Assembly (NCBI GenBank): GCA_014239365.1
Contig: JAAZZB010000006.1
Coordinates: 6,307-70,306 of the forward strand
Direction of reading: 5' to 3'
Length of the DNA: 64,000 nt
Source of the DNA: Verrucomicrobiia bacterium
GTDB taxonomy: Bacteria; Verrucomicrobiota; Verrucomicrobiia; Limisphaerales; UBA1100
Shown here one piece after another: positions 55,301 to 62,566 of this stretch. Below the pieces are notes generated by a model. That model was not told the DNA's origin. It did not search any database and saw only the letters and a list, made by a program, of their open reading frames with translations. Position 1 is the stretch's first letter. Each line of letters begins with the position of its first letter. Made by a program: the position numbers and the translations under genes.

Positions 55301-57853
55301 TTCGTGAATGGTTTTGAGTTGGGACTGGATGCCCTCCGCTTCGCCGGCTTTTTCGAGTGCGGTGAGTTCCTCCACGCGTTCGCGAATGGAATCGATAATC
55401 CGATCGGCGGCCATATAGCCGTTGATGTCGTTGACATCGTCGAAGGTGCCGAGCTTGTGCTCCACGCTTTTGAGCATTCGCTCAGCGGAAGACGTCAGCG
55501 CGGTGGCTTTGCGGTTTCGGATTTCCTCGAGCTGCAGCCGTTTCTGCTCGAAGGCGGCTTCGAGTTCGCCGCGCTTTTCATCAAGCTGCTCGATGTACTC
55601 CGGGAAATCCGCGAAGTCGCCGCCTAAATCCTCCAGTTGATTGATGACGTTATTAAAATATCCGTCGCACTTCTCCGGCGAATCGGACATATCCAAATAA
55701 TTTACCGCCGTTTGGCTGAGCAATAAAATCTGGGCATTAAACTGCGCCGCACCCTCGGCACTCATCAACGTGCGCGATTTATTTTTGAGCGCTTCTTTTA
55801 CCTGATTCACCACCTGATAAATTGCGGTGATGGATTCGATGATTCGGGTTTGCTCGGTGGTGTCATCGATTTGCAAACTGCGCACAATGTCGATGAGCAT
55901 CTCGAGGTCTTCACCGGCTTGGGTGATTTCCGCATTCAACTCTTTGGCCTCGGCCATTTTGGTGACGCCCTCGACTTGGCTGCGCTGGGCATCGGCGCGA
56001 TCGCGATAGGGATCCAGCGCCTCGGGTTGAAGCAGAAATTGAACGCACGATTGCGAAAGCGTTTCCACTTGCTCCTTCACCTCCGCCTCAAGGGCGTCCA
56101 TCGCGGCGGTGTCGATGAAGCGCACCTCGTCTTTGAGCGTGATGATTTCCCCGCGCATTCGGCGCAGTCCGCCGAGGTTAGCCACGAAATCATCAACCGA
56201 CCGGAAGTCCGCGCGGAGGACTTGATTGAACAACGTCTTGGCGCGCTTTTGGATTTCATCGGTCTTTTCTTTGGCGTCAAGGCGGAGGCGTCGCACTTTG
56301 TCAAACTCGGCAATTGCCTTTTCGGCAGAGCTGCCGATCTCTTTTAGAATTTCCACCACGCTGCCGCCATCGCCGGAGGTCAGCCACGCGTATGAATTGG
56401 GAATGCTTTCGCACCGGCGCGCCACGTCGGCGTAAAGGTCTGCGTAAGGCGATTCTTTTTGGATGAGGATGAGCACCTCATTGCACTCGGCCATCGCGCG
56501 CACCACGGATTTATTGCCCACTTGGTACAGGAACGATTCGCGGTTGCCGCTTTCCGGTTCGAAACCGGGTTGATAAAATGGCGTTTGGCGCAGTTGAATC
56601 GTGTGATGTTTGATGGCCTCTTCCTCGGCGCGGAAGCTCACAAGATCGCCATTGGGGAACAGCGAAAACCCGTGGCACGTAATGCGCTCGGTAACTTCCT
56701 GTTCGATGAGGCGATAGGGCAACAGCGCGTACAGCCCGCTCATCCGGTTGAAAAAGACATACAGAAAATCTTCGCCATTGGGCGAGGGCACCGTGCGTTC
56801 GAGCACCATTTCGCCCAGCTCGCCTTCGTAGCGTTTCAGTTCGCCGGTTTGCAGGTAGTAGCCATCGGGGAAAATCAGCCCGTGCTCCTCGGGCAACATC
56901 ACGCACGATTGGCCCAGCGTATCCACGCGATGCACGGCCTGAAGTTTTTCGTTGAAAATAAAATAGCGCGTTTGCTTTTCGCGATAGGGCGTCATCTTCA
57001 GCAAAATCAACGAGCCTTGGATGGCGTATTGGATTTCGGCATCGCCCACTTTTTGATTCGCGTCCACCACCTCCTCGGCGTAGATGCCTTCGCCGGTGGC
57101 GGTGTTGTCCTCCACTTTGATCGTGAGATCGCCGCCGACGCATTCCACAAACACGCGGTCCTCGATGGATACGTGCGGGTTGTCGCCGTGCCGAACCGCA
57201 CTGCTCGCCGGAGTTTTCCACTGAAAATTATACTGGCCGGGAAAGCCTTGGCGAAGATAGTCCGGCGCGCTGCGGTCATCCTCGTAAACCAGCTCGCCAT
57301 CTTTGTAGAGCCACTTGAACACCGTCACATCATCCACCATTTTGCCGGTGCGAAACACCATGTACAGGTGAACGCCAATTATGGCGAACCGGTGGAACGT
57401 GGCGGATTGATCGATTTTGAAAAGACGCGAGAACGATTCTTTGAAATGTTCGTCCTGTAACAACGTGAGGTCGCCCTCGTGGAACGTCTGCGCCTCGGCG
57501 TCATATTCAAACACGCTGAAGACATCACTCAACTGCCCTTGCTTGAGGCCGAGGTTTACGTTGAAGCCAAAAAGAAAACGATTGTGGCCGAGCTGAATCA
57601 TATCGCGCGGCTCGCAATTGAGCTGCGTGGACACGCGATCCATTTTCTTCAGCTCCAGCTTGCGCGTGCCAAAGACTTCCGCGCGTTGCTCGTCGAGCGT
57701 GCCCAATCCCTCGCGCAATACCTTGGCCTGATCGGTCAGGCGTTGCTTGATGAGATCGTACGCGCCGCCTTCCAGCGCGGTTGATGCGCCTTCCGCGGGG
57801 GTGCCGCTGTCGCCACTGTCAGGAGGTTCCGCCATCGGGAATTTGGAATCCAA
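52349..57853 (-). CDS. Giant (1,834 aa) single-module AAA+ ATPase with a beta-rich N-terminal domain and long coiled-coil region
   Basis: Walker A SPPGYGKTT (GYGKT at nt 53954-53968). Walker B VMIYVDDIQ (DD at nt 53768-53773). MAGNPYTESGEKFRIPDMLANRA resembles the MoxR/AAA_5 NP..G..(L/I)P...(D/N)R segment. An alternative start is at 57835. Confidence 0.85.
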   Translation of the reverse strand: MDSKFPMAEPPDSGDSGTPAEGASTALEGGAYDLIKQRLTDQAKVLREGLGTLDEQRAEVFGTRKLELKKMDRVSTQLNCEPRDMIQLGHNRFLFGFNVNLGLKQGQLSDVFSVFEYDAEAQTFHEGDLTLLQDEHFKESFSRLFKIDQSATFHRFAIIGVHLYMVFRTGKMVDDVTVFKWLYKDGELVYEDDRSAPDYLRQGFPGQYNFQWKTPASSAVRHGDNPHVSIEDRVFVECVGGDLTIKVEDNTATGEGIYAEEVVDANQKVGDAEIQYAIQGSLILLKMTPYREKQTRYFIFNEKLQAVHRVDTLGQSCVMLPEEHGLIFPDGYYLQTGELKRYEGELGEMVLERTVPSPNGEDFLYVFFNRMSGLYALLPYRLIEQEVTERITCHGFSLFPNGDLVSFRAEEEAIKHHTIQLRQTPFYQPGFEPESGNRESFLYQVGNKSVVRAMAECNEVLILIQKESPYADLYADVARRCESIPNSYAWLTSGDGGSVVEILKEIGSSAEKAIAEFDKVRRLRLDAKEKTDEIQKRAKTLFNQVLRADFRSVDDFVANLGGLRRMRGEIITLKDEVRFIDTAAMDALEAEVKEQVETLSQSCVQFLLQPEALDPYRDRADAQRSQVEGVTKMAEAKELNAEITQAGEDLEMLIDIVRSLQIDDTTEQTRIIESITAIYQVVNQVKEALKNKSRTLMSAEGAAQFNAQILLLSQTAVNYLDMSDSPEKCDGYFNNVINQLEDLGGDFADFPEYIEQLDEKRGELEAAFEQKRLQLEEIRNRKATALTSSAERMLKSVEHKLGTFDDVNDINGYMAADRIIDSIRERVEELTALEKAGEAEGIQSQLKTIHEEAVRQLKDKKELYVDGQNVIQFGKHKFAVNTQPLDLTIVRRGDEQNLHLTGTQYFDPIEDETFLATRAVWDQQVISEDKEVYRAEYLAYLLWQKLEHEGGERLAEVAAMKAADRLKIIQEFMGDRYAEAYTKGIHDQDAGKILAALLNTHAALQLARYHPRVRACGAVYWHHFCPEDTRKLWAAQLEGFAKRNELFPGDPTQREYIAALQELVTGFVNETGLFPEGDAVPAGEYLFYEITNGNDWAVSQEADKLLTEFERHLVKKGSESEFSKAQKPLKANPHSHYQLVRDWVRGFLLSRNGENKYLEEVAALIFCGHHHKQAVVKAATAQAVTGLQGAHDAVQEGSYDFDYLAFQEKLGRFARESVPRFEQYQELKQTLIEDEKELLRLHEFEPRVLSSFVRNQLVDTVYLPIVGDNLAKQIGATGEGKRTDLMGLLLLISPPGYGKTTLMEYLANRMGLIFMKINGPALGHEVSSLDPEDAPNAGARAEVNKLNLALEMGDNVMIYVDDIQHCNPEFLQKFISLCDAQRKIEGVWRGQPKTYDMRGRRVVVVMAGNPYTESGEKFRIPDMLANRADTYNLGDDMKGREEAFNGSYIENAITSNPVLQPLAKAAQKDIQAFIRMAETDQREGIELQGNYSANETEELLNVLKKLAVLRDVVLKVNQLYIESAGQADEFRTEPAFKMQGSYRNMNRLAEKVLPIMNKRELMNLVLDHYKGESQTLTTGAEANFLKFKQLIGVMTEEEEARWEDIKKTYGRNQFLQGGDQGDPVSRVVSQLSLFTGGLDSIQGTLKEELSKPRTTQLDLGGMNESLDALRDTISQHLASQQTAAPTPEGTAPSDATNENLAALRGAFEKYLEQSSTAAAAAQQSQSGLADRQMALAEFIEQSNATLADTIRDSQSQTQANQMQAALSNIGVLFANYQERHRELRERLDAAQPTEVVVDVSQDMVQDSDALIQQLLAQLQEAQQPQPPADDKEEG

Positions 57854-57886
57854 TCCATCCGGCCGAAGCCGGAATGGGAAATGGAT

Positions 57887-60097
57887 TTATTTCGCCGCCT
57901 TATCGCCCAGCAACACGCCGGAGATCATATCGCCGATGCCGGATTCTTTCACCGCCTTTTGCGCCTGACGGATCACCGATTTCGTGCCGCCGTCATCCGC
58001 TTGGCTCACCAACTTGGTGAGCAGCGCCGAGATGGTAAGGTTTTTCACGTCCTCGCTGGAGACACCCAGATCCTTCACCCAACCGCGAAGTTGGGTTTTG
58101 AAATAATCGGGGTCGCCGTTGAAGAAGGTGTTCTTCACATCGGTGATGGATTGGCTGTTGTTCACCAAACGATCGACCGATTTGCCGTAGCTGACCGAGC
58201 GCACGACCTTCTCGAAGAAGTCGTTCTCGCCGCCCACGATGTCGATGTTCGCGCTCTTGAGGGCTTCGCCCACCACGCGCGCCTGCGCCTCGGCCACATC
58301 TTTTTGGATTTGGATCTCGGCCAAATCCACGTCGCGATCCTTGTTGAGTTGCAGTCGGAATTCTTCGTGATCCTGCGAGGCTTTGTTGAAGATCTCGATG
58401 GCCTTGGCCATTTCGGTTTTGGACACCGCCTGAGCGAGGCCCATCTTTTCCGTACCGGCGGCTTCGGCAGCTTTCACCGCGTCAATCGCTTCACCTTCGC
58501 CCTTGCCTTCCGCCGCTTTGGCAAGGCCGCTCGCCTCGCCTTGCTTGGCGATCACCGTGGCCTCGGCCACGCCGAGCGCTTCCTCGGCTTGAGCGTCCGC
58601 CTTCTTCGCATCCGCCTTGGCGGTGATCACGCGGGCCTCGGCCAAACCATCGGCGCTTCGCATCGCTGCGGTGCCTTCGGCTTCCTGTTGCATGGCGTGG
58701 TTGCGTTTCTCGCTGGCCTTGGCTTCCGCCTCGGCGATGGTGATGACCTCGTCGGCTTTCTTTTCCGCCGCTTGTTTGGATGCCTCGGCGCCGGTGACTT
58801 CGAGGTACAAATCTTTGTTGGCAATTTCCTTTTGCGCTTGGTGCAGTGCCTCGGCTTGTTTCACTTCTTCCACCAATGACGCTTCGGCTTTGGCGGTGGC
58901 TTCCACCATCAGCACGCGCTTGGCGCGGTCGGCCGACATATCGGCTTCCACATCCAACCGGCCTTGGTGTTGGGTGGTGACTTCTTTTTCCTTGGACTCC
59001 AAACCGGCCTGGCTCTCGGCCACTTCAAAGGCGGCCGCGATGATTTTGGCTTCCTTCTCCTGTTGCATCAGGCCGATGCGCCGCAGGCGATCCACTTCGG
59101 CTTGTTCGCCGGATTCAATTTTCTCCTGCTCCAAACGCAGCAAATCCTGATCCTTCGCGTACGTGGCACTCATCACCACGCGATCCTGCTCCACCTTGCG
59201 TTCCTCAATGTGTTGGCTGGCCTCGATCTCGGCCCTCTCGGAGACCTCGCGATTTTTCTGCACTTCCACCTGCGCCGCCGCGCCTTCGCGGGCCTTGGCC
59301 TCTTCCACGGCGCGGGTTTGTTTGGCTAAATCTTCTTCGTTTTGTTTGTCCAACTCGCGCTTCTCCATTTCGGCGCGGATGTTGTCGTTTTTAATTTCAA
59401 CATCCTTTTCCTGCGTACGCTTGTTGGTCTCCTCTTCCTTTTGGGCCGTGATGCGGTTGATTTTTTCAATGCCCTGCGCGTCGAGCACATTGGCGGGGTC
59501 GTGATCTTCGCGGGAAGTTTGTTCCAGATAATCAATCGCCACGTCCTCCAGTTTGTAGCCATTGAGATCCTCGCCAATTTCATTCACGATCATTTCGCGA
59601 AACTGGGAACGCTGAACATAAAGCTGACTGAAATCCATTTGCTTACCGGCCGCTTTCAAGGCATCGGAGAATTTTGCCTCAAACAAATTACGCAGCAGTT
59701 CGATTTCCGAGGCGCGCTCGCAACCCACCGCTTCGGCCACTTCCTTAATATTTTCCACCTCCGGCGCCACGCGCACATAAAACGCCACCTCGATGTCCGC
59801 CCGAATGTTGTCCTGACAAATCAGGCCGTCCTTGCCTTTCCGCGCCACCTCCAGTTTTTTCACCTGAATATCCATGATATCCCAGCGATTCAAAAAGGGA
59901 AACCGGAACATCCAATCCTTGGTGACCTTGAGCCCACCAACACCCGTCCGCACACCGGCCTCGCCGGCCCGGACTTTTTTCAGGCAAAACATTGAAAGAA
60001 AGGCAAGGATAAGCAGGGCTAAGCCAATGACAATGGCCGCCACCACACCGGCGGCAAGACCGCCAAGACTGATAAAACTAAGAACAGGTTGGATCAT
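57887..60097 (-). CDS. Long flotillin / SPFH (band-7) family membrane protein
   Basis: ATG at 60097 preceded by GGAGA. TM segment ISLGGLAAGVVAAIVIGLALLILAFL. SPFH core (GEAGVRTGVGGLKV...RFPFLNRWDIMDIQV). About 400-aa E/A/K-rich coiled coil and a globular C-terminal tail. Confidence 0.85.
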   Translation of the reverse strand: MIQPVLSFISLGGLAAGVVAAIVIGLALLILAFLSMFCLKKVRAGEAGVRTGVGGLKVTKDWMFRFPFLNRWDIMDIQVKKLEVARKGKDGLICQDNIRADIEVAFYVRVAPEVENIKEVAEAVGCERASEIELLRNLFEAKFSDALKAAGKQMDFSQLYVQRSQFREMIVNEIGEDLNGYKLEDVAIDYLEQTSREDHDPANVLDAQGIEKINRITAQKEEETNKRTQEKDVEIKNDNIRAEMEKRELDKQNEEDLAKQTRAVEEAKAREGAAAQVEVQKNREVSERAEIEASQHIEERKVEQDRVVMSATYAKDQDLLRLEQEKIESGEQAEVDRLRRIGLMQQEKEAKIIAAAFEVAESQAGLESKEKEVTTQHQGRLDVEADMSADRAKRVLMVEATAKAEASLVEEVKQAEALHQAQKEIANKDLYLEVTGAEASKQAAEKKADEVITIAEAEAKASEKRNHAMQQEAEGTAAMRSADGLAEARVITAKADAKKADAQAEEALGVAEATVIAKQGEASGLAKAAEGKGEGEAIDAVKAAEAAGTEKMGLAQAVSKTEMAKAIEIFNKASQDHEEFRLQLNKDRDVDLAEIQIQKDVAEAQARVVGEALKSANIDIVGGENDFFEKVVRSVSYGKSVDRLVNNSQSITDVKNTFFNGDPDYFKTQLRGWVKDLGVSSEDVKNLTISALLTKLVSQADDGGTKSVIRQAQKAVKESGIGDMISGVLLGDKAAK

Positions 60098-60327
60098 AAT
60101 TTTCTCCGAAACAGTTGAGTTGTTAATTGCACAAACATATTGCGACACAGGACACCGCGCACGTTGGAGTACCGCCCGAGGGAAGCAATGCGTGGTGTCG
60201 GGGAGAGAGTACACAAAACTCCCAAAGGCGCGCCACTACAATCTTGAAGAAAGTTTATAATCGCTCAAACCCAAAAAAGCCGAAAAAACCGGTGGCACAT
60301 TGCCCGAGGGCGAGTTAAATTCTCCCA

Positions 60328-61647
60328 ATGAAGACCACACTGCTTTCTCTCACCCTTATTTTTGCCTTCACCTCCACCCTCGCAATTGCCGCCGATCCGC
60401 TGAGCAATTCGCCTTCGCTCCTCAACCGCCTCAAAGACGAAAACGCCCGCGGGCAGGATCAATGGATTTACAACGACCTCAAAAAAGCCATGGCCGAAGC
60501 CAAGCGCACCGGCAAGCCCATCTTCGTCACCTTTCGCTGCGTGCCGTGCCACGCCTGCAAAGCCTTTGATGCCGAGGTGGCCAAAGACAACCAAGCCATC
60601 CGCGCGCTCGCCGAAAAACAATTCATCTCCCTCCGCCAAGTGGAAATGAAAGGCGTGGACCTCAGCCTCTTCCAATTCGATTACGATCTCAACTGGGCCG
60701 CCATGTTCATCAACGCCGATGGCGTCGTGTACGGCCGCTACGGAACCCAATCCGCCGATGGCCCCGATGCCTTCAACTCCATCGGCAGCCTCGAGAAAGC
60801 CATGCGCCGCGTGCTTGCGCTGCACGCCGGTTATCCGAAAAACAAAACCACCCTCGCCGCCAAAAGTGGCGCACCCAAGCCGTACCGCACCGCGATGGAA
60901 ATGCCCGGCCTCGAAAACAAAAACAATTACCGCAAAACCACCGAACGCAATAACTGCATTCATTGCCACAACATCCACGACGCCGAAAACCACAAGCTCC
61001 ATCTCGAAAAAAAGATGACCCACGAAACACTTTGGCGCTATCCATTCCCCGATAACCTCGGCCTCAGCATCGATCCCAAAGACGGCCAGCGCATCGCAAA
61101 AGTTTCCCCCAACAGCGCCGCCGCCCGCGCCGGATTGCGCCCCGGCCAAACGCTCACCCACGTCAACAGCCAACCCATCATCTCCATCGCCGACATCCAA
61201 TGGGTGCTGCACAATCTGTCCAACGACGCCGAACTCATCCGCATCAACATCGCCGGCAGCTCCCGCCAACATCTCATCCGCACCGCACCCGGCTGGAAGA
61301 AAACCGATATTTCCTGGCGCGGCTCATTGTGGAATCTGCACCCGCGCCTGCGCGTGTGGACGCCCGAGGTGAAGGATGACGAACTCAAGCGCCTCCGCCT
61401 CCCCGCCGGGCACCAAGCCCTTAAAGTCAAATGGATCAACCAAAATAGCCCCGAAGGCAAAGCCGCCTCCCGCGCCGGACTTCGCCTCAACGATTACATC
61501 ATCGCCATCAACGGCAAACCACTCGCCAAAATGGGCCATCGCGAATTCAACACCCACGTCAAACTCAACTATAAATCCGGCCAAAAACTCCCACTCACTT
61601 TGATCCGCAATGGCAAACGCATCCAGTTCGAGTGGCCGCTGCAATAA
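60328..61647 (+). CDS. Secreted thioredoxin-fold protein with two PDZ domains
   Basis: Signal peptide. GKPIFVTFRCVPCHACK thioredoxin-like CxxC region. Two PDZ-like segments (AKVSPNSAAARAGLRPGQTLTHVN and QNSPEGKAASRAGLRLNDYIIAING). A second CxxCH motif (CIHCH). Confidence 0.75.
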   Translation: MKTTLLSLTLIFAFTSTLAIAADPLSNSPSLLNRLKDENARGQDQWIYNDLKKAMAEAKRTGKPIFVTFRCVPCHACKAFDAEVAKDNQAIRALAEKQFISLRQVEMKGVDLSLFQFDYDLNWAAMFINADGVVYGRYGTQSADGPDAFNSIGSLEKAMRRVLALHAGYPKNKTTLAAKSGAPKPYRTAMEMPGLENKNNYRKTTERNNCIHCHNIHDAENHKLHLEKKMTHETLWRYPFPDNLGLSIDPKDGQRIAKVSPNSAAARAGLRPGQTLTHVNSQPIISIADIQWVLHNLSNDAELIRINIAGSSRQHLIRTAPGWKKTDISWRGSLWNLHPRLRVWTPEVKDDELKRLRLPAGHQALKVKWINQNSPEGKAASRAGLRLNDYIIAINGKPLAKMGHREFNTHVKLNYKSGQKLPLTLIRNGKRIQFEWPLQ

Positions 61648-62520
61648 TTGATGAAAAAAATCCTCCTCACCACCGCGCTGCTATTTGCGGCCAATACAAA
61701 TGCCGCCGAGCCGCTCTTCCGCTTTGGCGCGGTGGCCGATTGCCAGTATTGCAAGCAAACCAGCGCCGTCCGTAAATACAGCCAATCTCCCGAAAAACTC
61801 ACCGCGTGCGTCGCGCACTATAATCAGCTCAACCTCGCCTTCGTCGTGCATCTCGGCGATTTTATTGACCGCGATTTCGAAAGCTTCGCCAAAGTGGTGC
61901 CCATTTATAACCGCCTCAAAGCGCCGCATTATCACGTGCTGGGCAATCACGATTTTTCCGTGGCCGATGAAATGAAATCGAAAGTCCCCGCCCAACTCGG
62001 CCTCAAAAATCGCTACTACGATTTCGCCCACAAAGGCTGGCGCTTCATTGTGTTGGACGGCAACGACGTGAGCCTCTACGCCTATCCCAAAAATGATCCG
62101 CGCACCAAAGCCGCCACCGCCTTTCACCGCCGCCTCAAAGCCGGCACCCCCGTTTGGAACGGCGGTGTGAGCAGCAAACAACTCGCGTGGATTGAATCCA
62201 AATTAAAAGCCGCCACAAAAGCGAACGAACGCGTGATCCTCTTCTGCCATTTCCCCGTGCACCCCGCCAATATTCACAACCTTTGGAATGCCGAGGCGGT
62301 CACCAAACTACTCGCCAACTATCCCTGCGTAGCCGCCTACCTCAACGGCCACAATCACGCCGGCAATTACGGAGAAAAAAACGGCACCCATTATCTCACA
62401 CTAAAAGGAATGGTGGACACCACCACCTCGGCGTACTCCGTAGTAGAAGTCCACAAAGATCGTCTGGAAATAAAAGGCTTCGGCCGCCAAAAAAACCGCA
62501 CCATGAAACTGGCTCGGTAG
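61648..62520 (+). CDS. Calcineurin-like metallophosphoesterase (ADPRibase-Mn/CpdA-like)
   Basis: Signal peptide. Metal-ligand blocks AVADCQY, HLGDFIDRD, GNHD, FCHFP, GHNHAG. Confidence 0.8.
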   Translation: MMKKILLTTALLFAANTNAAEPLFRFGAVADCQYCKQTSAVRKYSQSPEKLTACVAHYNQLNLAFVVHLGDFIDRDFESFAKVVPIYNRLKAPHYHVLGNHDFSVADEMKSKVPAQLGLKNRYYDFAHKGWRFIVLDGNDVSLYAYPKNDPRTKAATAFHRRLKAGTPVWNGGVSSKQLAWIESKLKAATKANERVILFCHFPVHPANIHNLWNAEAVTKLLANYPCVAAYLNGHNHAGNYGEKNGTHYLTLKGMVDTTTSAYSVVEVHKDRLEIKGFGRQKNRTMKLAR

Positions 62521-62566
62521 GGACAGGCTTCCGCCTGTCCAAGACGCGCGAAGCGCGTCTCTACCC
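62516..62566. terminator. REP-like double hairpin (GGTAGGG ... CTACCC), probable bidirectional terminator
   Basis: GGACAGGC-TTCC-GCCTGTCC (62521-62540) and AGACGCGC-GAA-GCGCGTCT (62542-62560). The stop codon TAG of the plus-strand gene (62518-62520) lies inside GGTAGGG. Confidence 0.6.
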
